From assembly GCA_030601485.1 (NCBI GenBank), contig JAUVTO010000001.1, positions 1 through 38,945 of the forward strand: DNA of 38,945 nt. The letters run 5' to 3'. Under the pieces are notes generated by a model. That model made no database searches. It saw only the letters and a program-made list of their open reading frames with translations, and was not told where the DNA came from. Below, piece by piece: positions 16,635 through 27,577 of the stretch. Each line of letters starts with the position of its first letter. Positions within the stretch are counted from its first letter, which is position 1. Source of the DNA: Desulfobacterales bacterium. Its GTDB lineage: Bacteria; Desulfobacterota; Desulfobacteria; Desulfobacterales; UBA11574. The translations under genes and the position numbers were made by a program.

Positions 16635-18563
16635 TTATTTTTTGTCGTCGTCTTTTACCTCTTCGAAATCAGCATCCACAACATCCTCGTCGGATGCAGA
16701 AGGTCCCGGCTGCTCCGGTTCTGCTGCATCGGCTCCGGCCTGCTGCTGATCTGCCTGGGAAGCCTGCTGATACATGGCTTCGGCCAGTTTATGGGAAGCC
16801 TGCGTCAACTCTTCGCTCAGGCGTTTGATCTCTGCAATATCATCCCCTTCCATAGCTTTTTTAAGAGGTTCAATGGCAGCTTCAACTTTGCCCTTGGTTG
16901 CAGCATCGATCTTGTCACCAAGATCTTTTGTCGATTTTTCCGTTGAATAGATCAGCGCATCTGCCGAGTTTCGAGCCTCAACCAACTCCTTTTTCTTTTT
17001 ATCCTCTTCAGCATGAAGATCGGCATCCTTTATCAATCTGTCGATTTCTTCTTTGGACAAACCGCTGGAAGCCGTTATTTGTATGGATTGCTCCTTACCT
17101 GTTGCAATATCTTTTGCAGAAACGTTCACAATTCCGTTGGCATCGATGTCAAATGTCACATCGATTTGCGGCACACCTCTTGGCGCGGGGGGTATCCCCA
17201 CAAGTTCGAAGCGTCCCAGAGTCTTGTTACCGGTGGCCATCTCCCGCTCTCCCTGCATCACATGGATAGATACAGCCGGCTGGTTGTCGGCCGCTGTTGA
17301 AAAAGTCTGGCTCTTTTTAGTCGGGATGGTGGTATTCTTTTCAATCAGCCGTGTCATGACACCACCTAAGGTCTCTATGCCAAGGGAAAGGGGAGTAACA
17401 TCGAGAAGAAGAACGTCCTTAACGTCTCCTTTCAACACACCTCCCTGAATGGCAGCGCCGATGGCAACAACTTCGTCCGGGTTAACCCCTTTATGGGGTT
17501 CCTTGCCAAAAAATTTCTTGACGCGTTCCTGAACCGCAGGCATGCGCGTCATACCGCCAACAAGAATTACTTCATTAATGTCATTGGTGGACAGTCCCGA
17601 ATCCTTAATCGCAATTCGACAAGGTTTTTCAAGTTTGTCCAGCAGGTCACTGATAAGACCTTCAAGCTTGGCTCGGGTTATCTTTATGTTAAGATGCTTT
17701 GGACCGGCAGCGTCGGCTGTAATAAATGGAAGATTAACATCCGTTTCCATGGAAGTGGACAGTTCCATTTTTGCTTTTTCAGCAGCTTCTTTCAATCGCT
17801 GTAACGCCATTTTATCGTTTCTTATATCAATCCCCTGGTCTTTTTTGAACTCATCTGCCAGGTAATCGATAAGCCGAAGGTCGAAATCTTCACCGCCGAG
17901 ATGGGTATCACCATTTGTCGCTTTTACCTCGAAAACCCCTTCGCCGATTTCAAGTATGGACACATCAAATGTGCCGCCACCCAGATCAAAAACAACAATT
18001 TTTTCTTCGCTTTTCTTATCGAGGCCATATGCAAGTGCTGCGGCAGTGGGCTCATTAATGATTCTTGACACATTAAGACCTGCGATTTTTCCGGCATCTT
18101 TGGTTGCCTGTCGCTGGCTGTCGTTAAAATAGGCAGGAACAGTTATAACCGCATCGGTAACTTTCTCTCCAAGATATTCCTCTGCCGTATTTTTGATATT
18201 AGCCAAAATAAAGGATGATATCTCAGCCGAACTATTTAACTTGCCCCGCATATTTATTCTGATATCGCCATTCTCTGCCTGTTCAATCTTATAAGGAAGT
18301 ATTTTAATATCGTCCTGTACTTCTTTGGATGCATACTTACGACCGATAAGCCTTTTTACACCAAAAACCGTATTCTCAGGGTTTGTGATTGACTGTCGTT
18401 TTGCAATTTGACCGACCAATCTCTCATTGCTGTCTGAAACGGCCACAATAGAAGGTGTTGTACGCCCTCCCTCGGGGTTTGTAATAACTTTGGCCTCACT
18501 CCCCTCCATAACCGCCACACATGAATTTGTAGTGCCGAGATCGATTCCAATGATTTTACTCAT
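16635..18563 (-). CDS. dnaK: molecular chaperone DnaK (Hsp70)
   Basis: 642 aa. [45 protein letters not shown]. Confidence 0.97.
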   Translation of the reverse strand: MSKIIGIDLGTTNSCVAVMEGSEAKVITNPEGGRTTPSIVAVSDSNERLVGQIAKRQSITNPENTVFGVKRLIGRKYASKEVQDDIKILPYKIEQAENGDIRINMRGKLNSSAEISSFILANIKNTAEEYLGEKVTDAVITVPAYFNDSQRQATKDAGKIAGLNVSRIINEPTAAALAYGLDKKSEEKIVVFDLGGGTFDVSILEIGEGVFEVKATNGDTHLGGEDFDLRLIDYLADEFKKDQGIDIRNDKMALQRLKEAAEKAKMELSTSMETDVNLPFITADAAGPKHLNIKITRAKLEGLISDLLDKLEKPCRIAIKDSGLSTNDINEVILVGGMTRMPAVQERVKKFFGKEPHKGVNPDEVVAIGAAIQGGVLKGDVKDVLLLDVTPLSLGIETLGGVMTRLIEKNTTIPTKKSQTFSTAADNQPAVSIHVMQGEREMATGNKTLGRFELVGIPPAPRGVPQIDVTFDIDANGIVNVSAKDIATGKEQSIQITASSGLSKEEIDRLIKDADLHAEEDKKKKELVEARNSADALIYSTEKSTKDLGDKIDAATKGKVEAAIEPLKKAMEGDDIAEIKRLSEELTQASHKLAEAMYQQASQADQQQAGADAAEPEQPGPSASDEDVVDADFEEVKDDDKK

Positions 18564-18602
18564 TTGTTTTCCTCCTTACCTTATATATACTTTTTTTATT
18601 TT

Positions 18603-19229
18603 CTATTCTTCTTGAGCATGATTTTCCTGGTTTTCGGAGTCTGTTTTTTTTGATACAACAACCGTGGCAGGTCTGAGCAACCTGTCATGCATCATGTATC
18701 CTTTCTCAAGTTCGTTTAAAATAGTTTTTTCAGGATGGTCATCTGACTCTTCTTGCATAACAGCCTGGTGTAAAGCGGGATCAAAAGTTTTCCCAAGAGA
18801 CTGAAACGGTTTCACGCCGAATTGCTCAAAAATCTTCAGTATTTCTTTGAGGGTCATGTTTACACCTTCCACCACCGAGCTATTTGAGCGATTGTCATTA
18901 TTTGAAGATTCTATGGCACGGTCAAGATTATCGACCACGGGAAGCATGGCCTTTACAAAACTTTCATTGGCAAATTTCCTGAAGTCATTCATTTCGCGTG
19001 CAGCACGCTTCTTGTAGTTTTCAAACTCAGCGGAAACCCTCAAGAAACGATCATAGGACTCTTTTGACTCCTGTTCCATGGATTCAAGCTTTTCTTCCAT
19101 GACTTTTAAAGGATCACCGGTATTTTCTTTGTCTTCTTTCCCCGAATCGATCTCTTCGGAAATTTTCTTTTGTTTACCGTTTTCTTCGACTTCGGTATTA
19201 ATTTCGATTTTCTTTTTTTTTGCTCCCAT
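18603..19229 (-). CDS. grpE: nucleotide exchange factor GrpE
   Basis: 208 aa. RVSAEFENYKKRAARE, the GrpE dimerisation helix, and the C-terminal beta domain GYMMHDRLLRPATVVV. It sits immediately upstream of dnaK. Confidence 0.92.
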   Translation of the reverse strand: MGAKKKKIEINTEVEENGKQKKISEEIDSGKEDKENTGDPLKVMEEKLESMEQESKESYDRFLRVSAEFENYKKRAAREMNDFRKFANESFVKAMLPVVDNLDRAIESSNNDNRSNSSVVEGVNMTLKEILKIFEQFGVKPFQSLGKTFDPALHQAVMQEESDDHPEKTILNELEKGYMMHDRLLRPATVVVSKKTDSENQENHAQEE

Positions 19230-19468
19230 CAGTCGAGACTTTCTCCTGATTTTTTTTAAAATATTTACACACCCGATTTTTCATAAAATACGGGCTAATA
19301 CCACAACATTGCTCAAAAAATAAGACTGTCTGGGATATTGTCAAGGTAGAAAAAGGAATTTTAGATTTTGAGTTCCGGATTTAATGATTGAAATCTGTCG
19401 ATTTTAAATATGAGGGCCGAGGATGGGTGCCAGGTGTGCAATTATTAATATTTATAAGCGGGAGAATT

Positions 19469-19722
19469 GGTTGTGCACCCTCTATCGAATCTTTTCTGAA
19501 ATGAAATAAGCCAAAAGTTTGACCGGGATCGATCCACGACACAGACTGCATTACTTATCGCTGCTTCCTTCCGGACCTGACGAGGTTCGTAACCGTCTGT
19601 TGCGCGGCGGCCGATCAGATTGACTTATAGGCTCCCAGGTTAAAACCCTTTAGAGGGAATTCAGCCCCGCATGAAGCGGATTTCGGGAAAAGGGCACCGC
19701 TAGCTCCCCGCCTAGCACAACC
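19469..19722 (-). ncRNA. ffs: signal recognition particle RNA, long (Alu-domain-containing, Bacillus-type) form
   Basis: Minus strand: GGTTGTGCTAGGCGGGGAGCTAGCGGTGCCC...AATCCGCT...GGCTGAATTCCCTCTAAAGGGTT...GTCAGGTCCGGAAGGAAGCAGC...GATAGAGGGTGCACAACC. The domain IV motif is exact. The 5' Alu-domain blocks parallel B. subtilis scRNA, and the 5'/3' ends pair (GGTTGTGC/GCACAACC). Confidence 0.85.
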
Positions 19723-19885
19723 ATTAGTTTAAATATAATCGATTAAAAAAAAATTCAAGTTAAAAAAGAAATCGGTTTTCCTACCACAATATAGACTACA
19801 ATTCAAATTAGCAGATCTATATTCTGTGTTTTTTATTGACATTCATCTATTCCTATCATAATCTTTTTTCAACTGTTTCAAAATT

Positions 19886-20019
19886 GATAAACTCGTAAAA
19901 AGTCCTAAAACCGTCATGCCGGACTTGATCCGGCATCCAGAACCCATTGAATTTACTGAATTCCGGCTTTCGCCGGAATGACAAAAAAAGGGTGTTTTTC
20001 GACTTTTTACGAAACCGTC
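19886..20019. repeat. MITE-like palindromic element, copy 3 (same termini as 8696..8821)
   Basis: Left GATAAACTCGTAAAAAGTCC, right TCGACTTTTTACGAAACCGTC. Internal double hairpin CGTCATGCCGGACTTGATCCGGCAT...ATTCCGGCTTTCGCCGGAATGAC. Confidence 0.7.
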
Positions 20020-20093
20020 AAAATTAAAAATTCGTAACATTTTAGCTTTTTGAAAATATTACCCCTTCAGGGAAAAGAAATGAAAGGTAAATT

Positions 20094-20486
20094 ATGATAC
20101 GAAAACTTCTAATCCTTTTATTATTATCCTCTTATTTCATAATGTTAGGCTGTGCCGCTTTTATCGCCGGAACAGGAGCAGGAGCAGGTGTATATACCTA
20201 TGTAAACGGCGAATTGAAAACATCTTATCAAGCAACGTTTGATGAAACGAATCGGGTATGTACTGCAGTGCTAAAAAGTCTGGAAATGGAGATAACAGAA
20301 AAAACATCAGACAGTATTAAGGCAAAAATTAAAGCCAGACAAACCGACGGAACACCGATCACAATAAAAACTGTAATGAGAGCACCCGGGACTACCGAGG
20401 TTTCCGTCCGATCAGGCATCGTAGGAATATGGGATAAAAAAGTTTCCGAGCTTATTCATGCCAGCATTGCACAAAGGCTACAATAG
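20094..20486 (+). CDS. small lipoprotein, DUF3568-like
   Basis: 130 aa. Signal peptide with lipobox-like MLGC. GAGAGVYTYVNGELKTSY, ...GTPITIKTV...TTEVSVRSG and ...IHASIAQRL match my memory of the DUF3568 pattern. Confidence 0.65.
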   Translation: MIRKLLILLLLSSYFIMLGCAAFIAGTGAGAGVYTYVNGELKTSYQATFDETNRVCTAVLKSLEMEITEKTSDSIKAKIKARQTDGTPITIKTVMRAPGTTEVSVRSGIVGIWDKKVSELIHASIAQRLQ

Positions 20487-21915
20487 TAAATTATTACGTG
20501 CTGTTGAACAGACCGTTACAACCTATGGAATGCTTAAACCGGGAGATTCGGTTGTTGTCGGTGTATCCGGCGGGCCTGATTCAGTAGCCCTTTTTCACGT
20601 ACTTCTCACATTAGTATCCCGCTTTTCCCTCAGGCTTAAAGTTGCACATTTAAATCATTGTCTGCGCCAGAACAATTCCGATAAGGATGCTGAATTTGTT
20701 GCATCTCTTGCCGGCAGGTTTGACATACCTTGTTATATTCAAAAATCGGATGTCCGTAAATATCAGCTTGAACACAAGCTTTCCCTGGAAGAAGCGGCCA
20801 GACGCGTTCGACACACCTTTTTAAACAAAGTGGCAGAAAAAAACAGGTTTAATAAAATTGCACTCGGCCATCATTTTGATGATAATGCAGAACTTGTCTT
20901 AATGAATCTTTTTAGAGGAAGCGGCCCGCTGGGCATTTCAGGCATTCCTCCGGTAAGGGACGGAAAGATTATCCGTCCGTTGATACAATCAAATCGTTCC
21001 GAAATAATCGATTTTCTGGATAAAAATGGACTAAAATATATATCTGACACATCCAATAGGGACACAAGATTCCTTAGGAACAGGATACGTCACGATTTAA
21101 TTCCGCTGTTAAAAACATCCTACAATCCCAAAATCAGTCAAAGCCTCAACCGGCTTGCCTCGATTATCAGATCTGAAGAAGAATGGATTGAAGATGTCAT
21201 TCATCCTCTCTTCGAAAAAGCATCTGTGAGCATTCAGGACGGTCAGATTGCCCTATCTGTCTCAATCTTGAATGGAGTTCATGTAGCAGCACAAAGACGG
21301 ATAATAAGAAAGGCGATTTCAAAAATAAAAGGGGACTTAAGGCGTATTAGCTTTACTCACATAGATTCCGCCATAGACCTTGTGGAATACGGGCCGACTT
21401 ATGGAAATATCGATTTGCCCGATTGTATCAGGATCCAGCGAAAAGGAGACGTTCTTGTCTTTTCAAGAGAAAAAAACAGATTGCGTAATATGGATGTAAA
21501 ATCCGGCCGGTCAGAACTGCTTGCTTTTGAATACATAATAGCAAAACCCGAACCCATATTTATAAAAGAATTCAGCGCTCATATAAAATTCACCGAAATG
21601 GGCATAGAAAATCTGCCCGACTTATGTGGCTCTGGACAAAATACCGGTTTTTTTGATAGGGATGCGTTAAGCTTCCCGCTGGTTTTGAGAAATTTTCGCC
21701 ATGGTGACCGTTTTACGCCACTGGGTATGACCGGAACACAAAAAATAAAAAAATTTTTCATCGACAAAAAAGTCCCCAGAAAAGAACGCATAAAATGCCC
21801 CATATTGCTTTGTCGGGGAAAAATAATCTGGGTTGCCGGTTATAGAATAGATGAATCCGTAAAAGTGAAACCGTCAACCAAAAATGTACTTAAAGTTGAA
21901 CTTTCTCTTGCCTAA
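20458..21915 (+). CDS. tilS: tRNA(Ile)-lysidine synthase
   Basis: 485 aa. PP-loop VVGVSGGPDSVAL, GHHFDDNAE, and the C-terminal TilS domain GDRFTPLGM.GTQKIKKFFIDKKVP. The annotated ATG overlaps the upstream gene by 29 nt, so the start is uncertain. Confidence 0.88.
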   Translation: MPALHKGYNSKLLRAVEQTVTTYGMLKPGDSVVVGVSGGPDSVALFHVLLTLVSRFSLRLKVAHLNHCLRQNNSDKDAEFVASLAGRFDIPCYIQKSDVRKYQLEHKLSLEEAARRVRHTFLNKVAEKNRFNKIALGHHFDDNAELVLMNLFRGSGPLGISGIPPVRDGKIIRPLIQSNRSEIIDFLDKNGLKYISDTSNRDTRFLRNRIRHDLIPLLKTSYNPKISQSLNRLASIIRSEEEWIEDVIHPLFEKASVSIQDGQIALSVSILNGVHVAAQRRIIRKAISKIKGDLRRISFTHIDSAIDLVEYGPTYGNIDLPDCIRIQRKGDVLVFSREKNRLRNMDVKSGRSELLAFEYIIAKPEPIFIKEFSAHIKFTEMGIENLPDLCGSGQNTGFFDRDALSFPLVLRNFRHGDRFTPLGMTGTQKIKKFFIDKKVPRKERIKCPILLCRGKIIWVAGYRIDESVKVKPSTKNVLKVELSLA

Positions 21916-21964
21916 TTAACAATAATGATTAATATAATTTTATAAATAATCATTTTACAGGGGG

Positions 21965-23878
21965 TTGAGGCTTTTGAATCCTTTTTATAAAAATTTGGCT
22001 TTATGGATAGTCATCACGCTGATGATGATCATGCTTTATAATCTCTTCAATCAACAGCACTTGGCCGAGACAAATATCAGCTATACTGAATTTCTAGCCA
22101 TGGTCGATAATGGGAGTATTTCCGATGTGGTCATCCAGGGGCAGGAACTCTTCCTCACGGACGTAAACCACAATCGTTTCAAGGTATATGCACCACAGGA
22201 CGCGGATCTTATCAAGATCCTCCGACAAAAAGGGGTTACCATTAGCGCCAAACCGGAAACCGATTCTCCCTGGTATATGAATGTTCTGGTTTCATGGTTT
22301 CCGATGATTGTACTAATCGGCGTATGGATCTTTTTTATGCGTCAGATGCAGTCCGGAGGGGGCAAGGCCATGTCTTTTGGCAAAAGCCGGGCTCGCCTGC
22401 AATCTGACCAGATGAAAAAAGTCACCTTTGAAGACGTTGCCGGAATCGATGAAGCCAAAGAAGAACTTGGTGAAATAATAGATTTTCTCAGAGAACCGAA
22501 GAAATTTACGCGTCTTGGAGGAAGGATACCCAAAGGTGTTCTTCTCATGGGGTTACCCGGTACGGGCAAAACTCTTTTGGCTCGTGCTATTGCAGGTGAA
22601 GCCGATGTCCCGTTTTTCAATATCAGCGGATCGGATTTTGTGGAAATGTTTGTCGGCGTTGGAGCGTCACGGGTTAGAGATTTGTTTGTTCAGGGTAAAA
22701 AGAATGCGCCCTGCATTATCTTTATTGATGAAATTGATGCTGTTGGAAGGCACAGGGGAGCGGGATTAGGTGGAGGACACGACGAAAGAGAACAGACATT
22801 AAACCAACTCCTGGTTGAAATGGACGGTTTTGAGTCAAACGAAGGGGTTATCCTTATTTCCGCTACAAACCGGCCTGATGTGCTCGACCCGGCCCTTTTG
22901 CGACCCGGACGTTTTGATCGCCAGGTGGTAGTTCCCCTTCCGGATATTTTAGGCCGTGAACAGATTCTTAAGGTTCATATGAAAAAAACGCCAGCAGCAC
23001 CCGATGTAAACCTTGTCACACTGTCAAAAGGCACGCCCGGTTTTTCCGGTGCAGACTTGGAAAACCTTGTGAACGAAGCGGCGTTGCTTGGTGCTAAAAG
23101 AGATAAAGAAAAAATTGACATGGTTGACCTGGAAGATGCCAAGGACAAGGTCTATATGGGATTGGAACGTAAATCAAAAGTCATCAGGGAAGAAGACAGA
23201 AAGACCACGGCATATCACGAAGGAGGACACGCCCTTGTGGCCCGCTTACTTCCCAATACGGATGCCGTCAACAAGATAACCATTATTCCACGGGGACATG
23301 CCGCCGGTATTACTTGGTTTTTGCCCGAAGAGGGTGATTTCAAATATAAAGATCAGCTTGAAAGCGAATTGTCGGTTGCGTTCGGCGGACGAGTGGCAGA
23401 AGAAATTGTTTTTAATCGTATCAGTACCGGTGCCGCCAACGATATCAAACAGGCAACCGATGTTGCCCAGAAGATGATACGAAGCTGGGGTATGAGTGAA
23501 GAGTTGGGTCCGCTTTCTTTTGCCAAAGATGAGGAGCATATTTTCCTGGGGCGAGAAATTGCGCAGCACAGGGATTATTCTGAAGAAACGGCACGGAAAA
23601 TTGACCAAGAAATAAATAATCTTATCGAAAAAGCTTACAATCGTGCAAAGAAAACCTTGAATGAAAATTTAGATATTCTTCATGCTCTGGCGGATCGTCT
23701 GCTTGAAAAAGAGACGGTTCTGGGAAGGGAGCTTGATGATCTCATACTTTCCATGAGACCCGGATTTGAGTTTCCGTCAAAGACGTCTGTCGGCAAAAAA
23801 ACTGATAAAAACGCTCCGGCCGAAAATGAAGAAAATACAGAAGAAATCAAAACCGAAAGCGAGCAGCCCTCATCTTAG
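21965..23878 (+). CDS. ftsH: ATP-dependent zinc metalloprotease FtsH
   Basis: 637 aa. Walker [35 protein letters not shown], zinc site HEGGHAL. The start is non-ATG; TTG at 21974 (giving [11 protein letters not shown]) is an alternative. Confidence 0.95.
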   Translation: MRLLNPFYKNLALWIVITLMMIMLYNLFNQQHLAETNISYTEFLAMVDNGSISDVVIQGQELFLTDVNHNRFKVYAPQDADLIKILRQKGVTISAKPETDSPWYMNVLVSWFPMIVLIGVWIFFMRQMQSGGGKAMSFGKSRARLQSDQMKKVTFEDVAGIDEAKEELGEIIDFLREPKKFTRLGGRIPKGVLLMGLPGTGKTLLARAIAGEADVPFFNISGSDFVEMFVGVGASRVRDLFVQGKKNAPCIIFIDEIDAVGRHRGAGLGGGHDEREQTLNQLLVEMDGFESNEGVILISATNRPDVLDPALLRPGRFDRQVVVPLPDILGREQILKVHMKKTPAAPDVNLVTLSKGTPGFSGADLENLVNEAALLGAKRDKEKIDMVDLEDAKDKVYMGLERKSKVIREEDRKTTAYHEGGHALVARLLPNTDAVNKITIIPRGHAAGITWFLPEEGDFKYKDQLESELSVAFGGRVAEEIVFNRISTGAANDIKQATDVAQKMIRSWGMSEELGPLSFAKDEEHIFLGREIAQHRDYSEETARKIDQEINNLIEKAYNRAKKTLNENLDILHALADRLLEKETVLGRELDDLILSMRPGFEFPSKTSVGKKTDKNAPAENEENTEEIKTESEQPSS

Positions 23879-24018
23879 TTCCTTAAAATCGAATTTTGTG
23901 CATTTAATGGCAAAATATTTTTACCGGTACAATTTCTCTATCTTAAAATAATTGAAGATTTTCGATTGAAGATTGAATATCGATAGAATTTCCGATACGT
24001 TTCACCTAACAAACACGT

Positions 24019-24894
24019 ATGAAAACTTATAACCTTGCATGGGGCAAACACAGGCTGGTTCTGGGTAAGCGTACCTGTATTATGGGTATCGTGAATGTTA
24101 CGCCGGATTCATTTTCAGATGGCGGGGAATTTTTCACCCGAGATGACGCCGTGGCTCAAGGCCAAAAACTTTTTGAAGACGGGGCTGACATACTTGATAT
24201 CGGCGGAGAATCTACACGCCCTTTTTCTGATGCGGTATCTGCCGAAGAGGAAATCCGGCGGGTTATACCTGTGATTGAAAACCTTGCCGGGCGTATTTCA
24301 ATTCCCATTTCCATAGATACAACTAAGGCCGGTGTTGCCAGAAGGGCTATTCAAGCCGGTGCCTCCATTATCAACGATGTTTCAGCATTGCGTCTGGATC
24401 ACGGCATTGCAGATGTTGCAGCAGAATACGACGTTCCGGTAATTTTGATGCATATGCTTGGAACCTCAAAAACCATGCAGACCAATCCTGTTTATGATGA
24501 TCTTATAAAAGAAATCAAAGAATTTCTTAAAAACGCCGTTGATTATGCTGAAAGTAAAGGAATTCCAAAATCAAAAATCATCATCGATCCTGGAATCGGT
24601 TTCGGGAAAACTGTTGAACATAATCTTTTATTAATTAAACACCTGCATGAATTTAAAACACTGGATGTTCCTATTCTTATCGGACCTTCCAGAAAAGCCT
24701 TTATACGAAACATCCTTAAAGATAAAATCGTTAAAGATATTAACCCCGACCTGCCTCTGGTGGAAACCGGCACTCAGGCTTCAGTTGCCGCTGCAGTTTT
24801 GAACGGCGCCCACATGGTCAGAGTCCACAATGTCGCCAATACACGTGCAACCCTAAAAATCATTGATGCCATTAATAATGTGCAAAACAGCTAA
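24019..24894 (+). CDS. folP: dihydropteroate synthase
   Basis: 291 aa. GIVNVTPDSFSDGG, DIGGESTRP, IIDPGIGFGK. Confidence 0.92.
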   Translation: MKTYNLAWGKHRLVLGKRTCIMGIVNVTPDSFSDGGEFFTRDDAVAQGQKLFEDGADILDIGGESTRPFSDAVSAEEEIRRVIPVIENLAGRISIPISIDTTKAGVARRAIQAGASIINDVSALRLDHGIADVAAEYDVPVILMHMLGTSKTMQTNPVYDDLIKEIKEFLKNAVDYAESKGIPKSKIIIDPGIGFGKTVEHNLLLIKHLHEFKTLDVPILIGPSRKAFIRNILKDKIVKDINPDLPLVETGTQASVAAAVLNGAHMVRVHNVANTRATLKIIDAINNVQNS

Positions 24895-24940
24895 TGGTAA
24901 AACCGTTTAGAAGCTTTTTGAAAATAGTGTCGCTTCAGGT

Positions 24941-25879
24941 ATGAATACCCATAGTCGTTTATCTATGATATACTTACGGAATTTAAAACGGTATATTTTG
25001 TGTTTTTTGCTTGGGGTTTGTTTGTTTCTACCAGGATCCTGCTCATCATTACAAGAAACCGTTATTCTTATTCCGGTTGATATTGGCCAAATCCCTGCAG
25101 GATTGACAATGACCGGTCCGTCGTTAAAAGGGATAGAGGTTCATGTCCGCGGTCCGAAATCGGCAGTTAGAAACCTTTCTGACCTGAAAATACGATATGT
25201 GCTCGACCTATCCGGAGTACATGTCGGGATTAACTCTATTCCGATAAAAAAGGACCGTATCATCCTTCCCAAGGGGATATCCATCATAAGAATAAACCCA
25301 ACGTTTTTGGCCGTAACCATCGAGAATAAAATTAAAAAGGAGCTTCCGGTTAAAATTTCATTTTCCGGAAAACCGGCTACAGGATTTATAGTTGCAGGTG
25401 CAGTTGCCAAACCGTTATCGGTTATTATGCAAGGACCTGAAAATATCCTTGGACCCATGGATAAGGTACTGACAAAACCGATTGAGATCAAAGGGCTGTC
25501 AGAATCTTTTAAAAAAGAAGTAGCTCTGGACCTTGTCGAAGATCTTGAGATCATTTCTCCTTCGGAGATTATTTTTGCTGAAATATTGATAGAAGAAAAA
25601 ATTGTTACCAAAAAGTTTTTTGATATTCAGGTTGAGGGTAAAAACAGTCCGTTCAGTTACAGCATTACACCACCGGCTTTAAATATTGAAGTTAAAGGAC
25701 CTGTTAATATTATTGAAAAGCTTCATACGGAAAAATGGATTACAGTTTATGTTGATCTCAAAGGATTAACCCCCGGGACTTATGTTAAAAGGGCAACTAT
25801 AACCTTACCTGTTAAAACCACTCTTATTGGCGTAAAACCCGAAATGTTCACAGTAAAGATCAGTAACGAAAAAATATAG
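24941..25879 (+). CDS. YbbR-domain protein (CdaR-like)
   Basis: 312 aa. An N-terminal hydrophobic anchor is followed by repeated beta-rich YbbR-like units (IEVHVRGPKSAVRNLSDLKIRYVLDLSGV..., LNIEVKGPVNIIEKL...VYVDLKGLTPGTY). Confidence 0.7.
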   Translation: MNTHSRLSMIYLRNLKRYILCFLLGVCLFLPGSCSSLQETVILIPVDIGQIPAGLTMTGPSLKGIEVHVRGPKSAVRNLSDLKIRYVLDLSGVHVGINSIPIKKDRIILPKGISIIRINPTFLAVTIENKIKKELPVKISFSGKPATGFIVAGAVAKPLSVIMQGPENILGPMDKVLTKPIEIKGLSESFKKEVALDLVEDLEIISPSEIIFAEILIEEKIVTKKFFDIQVEGKNSPFSYSITPPALNIEVKGPVNIIEKLHTEKWITVYVDLKGLTPGTYVKRATITLPVKTTLIGVKPEMFTVKISNEKI

Positions 25880-25901
25880 CAAAGAAAAGGAATCTTTATT
25901 C

Positions 25902-26666
25902 ATGCTTCTTGTTATCGATATTGGAAATACCAACACGGTAATCGGTATTTACGACGGAAGGCGTCTTGTTAAGGACTGGCGGATACGCACGGAAAGACAT
26001 ACAACAGAAGATGAGTTTAACATCCTTGCCTCCAATCTTTTTTCAGAAAGCAATGTCAATTCCAACAAAATCAGCAAAACTATTATCTCCTGCGTTGTTC
26101 CACCCATGGTAACCATTCTCGATTCTTTCTGTCGCAAATACCTGGGGCACGCGCCTCACTGGATCGATGCCATGTCAGCTTCAACCCTGCCGATACGTTA
26201 CAAAAATCCATCAGAAGTAGGGGCAGACAGGATAGTTAACGCGGTTGCGGCATTTCACAAGTACCAAACCAGTCTTATTGTTATAGATTTCGGGACAGCC
26301 ACAACCTTTGATGCTATTTCAGAAAAGGGGGAATATCTCGGTGGCGCAATCAGCCCCGGGATCATGATTGCTTCTGAAGCCCTGTTCATGAAAGCATCCA
26401 AACTTCCCAGGGTCGAAATCTTTGTTCCACCTGAAAGCGTAATCGGCAAAGATACCGCAAGCAGTATTAAGGCGGGAATTATTTTCGGATATGCAGGACT
26501 TGTTGATGGAATGGTTCGGCGAATGAAAATCGAAATGCACACAAACCCCCGGGTAATCGCAACAGGAGGTCTGGCAGAACTTATGTATCAAGTATCAGAA
26601 ACCATTGAGGTTGTTGAACCGGACTTGACTCTGGAAGGATTACGGATCATCAGCAATAGTTTGTAA
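25902..26666 (+). CDS. coaX: type III pantothenate kinase
   Basis: 254 aa. LLVIDIGNTN, GADRIVNAVAA, VIDFGTATTFD. Confidence 0.92.
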   Translation: MLLVIDIGNTNTVIGIYDGRRLVKDWRIRTERHTTEDEFNILASNLFSESNVNSNKISKTIISCVVPPMVTILDSFCRKYLGHAPHWIDAMSASTLPIRYKNPSEVGADRIVNAVAAFHKYQTSLIVIDFGTATTFDAISEKGEYLGGAISPGIMIASEALFMKASKLPRVEIFVPPESVIGKDTASSIKAGIIFGYAGLVDGMVRRMKIEMHTNPRVIATGGLAELMYQVSETIEVVEPDLTLEGLRIISNSL

Positions 26667-27560
26667 ATACCCTGTAAAGCCTTCTATGCTGTTTTTCAGA
26701 AATCCTCTCTCTCTCTCTCTTACCGCCTCGTCCATATGAAAAAACCCTTTAAGAAAAGGATCTTGTTTTAAAAGCTTTTGCAAAGATCCTTTAAGGAAAT
26801 CTTCGTCCCCGGCTTCACTGAAATGAACCATCTGATCTTCGACAATATTTTTCCAGAACAAAAGCTGCTCACGGTGGATTTTCAACATGTCCAACGCATT
26901 TTTGTTCATGCCGAAATGTCCGTAGCATATAATTGAGGGTTTTCTGGCAATCAGAGCATCGATGCTCTTTATTGAGGTCTCCAGAAAAAAGCGGGGCGGT
27001 GTAGCAGGTCTAAGATAAAAGTCGTCACCGGATATATCGAGATAAACCCCCCCGGCCTCTCCTGCAAAAAGGTATGGACCCAAAAGGTAGCTGACATGAT
27101 GAGGGGCATGTCCGGGCGTCAGGATCGGCGTAACGTTATCTTCTTGAAATCGGGCGGCATTGTAAAGCAATTTCCGGGGAACCGGCCGGAACGGTCCATA
27201 GGCTTGTGCCGTTTGACCGAGGGTTTTGAGGCTCCCTTCCCATAGACGTGACGGATCTACAAGGTGCTGGATACCTTTTTCGTGACAGATAATGGGAACG
27301 TCGGGAAAAGACTCGGCCAGATCTCCTGCGCCTCCGGCATGATCGATATGGATGTGGGTCAATAGAACTGCGTCAAGATGCTCTATTCCCAGGCTTTCTA
27401 AAGATTTTACAAGCACAGGAACGGTGGCGGCAGGTCCTACATCCACTAAAAAGGTTTTTTTGCCTTTGTAGATCCAGGACCCTATGAACGATGTAAATCC
27501 GGGCAGATCCTGGTCAAGGGGAATAAGATAAAGTTCAGGCGTAATTTCAATTAATTTCAT
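26640..27560 (-). CDS. MBL-fold metallo-hydrolase
   Basis: 306 aa. Contains the HxHxDH motif LTHIHIDHAGG and a later TPGHAPHH. Its 3' end overlaps the coaX 3' end by 27 nt (convergent). Confidence 0.8.
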   Translation of the reverse strand: MKLIEITPELYLIPLDQDLPGFTSFIGSWIYKGKKTFLVDVGPAATVPVLVKSLESLGIEHLDAVLLTHIHIDHAGGAGDLAESFPDVPIICHEKGIQHLVDPSRLWEGSLKTLGQTAQAYGPFRPVPRKLLYNAARFQEDNVTPILTPGHAPHHVSYLLGPYLFAGEAGGVYLDISGDDFYLRPATPPRFFLETSIKSIDALIARKPSIICYGHFGMNKNALDMLKIHREQLLFWKNIVEDQMVHFSEAGDEDFLKGSLQKLLKQDPFLKGFFHMDEAVRERERGFLKNSIEGFTGYLQTIADDP

Positions 27561-27577
27561 TTTATAAAAACTTCTAT

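Noticed and set aside
16622-17865. Several + strand ORFs of 68-131 aa inside dnaK
   Set aside because: They are antisense to an unambiguous Hsp70 coding sequence, have no SD, and have arbitrary composition.
19230-19340. Search for a CIRCE/HrcA operator or sigma-32 promoter upstream of grpE-dnaK
   Set aside because: There is no TTAGCACTC-N9-GAGTGCTAA-like inverted repeat. A CTTGACA is present, but no CCCCAT-type -10 lies at the proper spacing.
19843-20040. 65-aa minus-strand ORF (…HSGESRNSVNSMGSGCRIKSGMT…)
   Set aside because: It lies wholly inside MITE-like copy 3, and its sequence is the readout of the two internal hairpins.
26705-26720. (CT)8 dinucleotide run inside the MBL hydrolase gene (encodes RERER)
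   Set aside because: It is short for a contingency locus and sits near the 3' end of the gene, so slippage would only alter the tail. It was noted but not considered a phase-variation switch.
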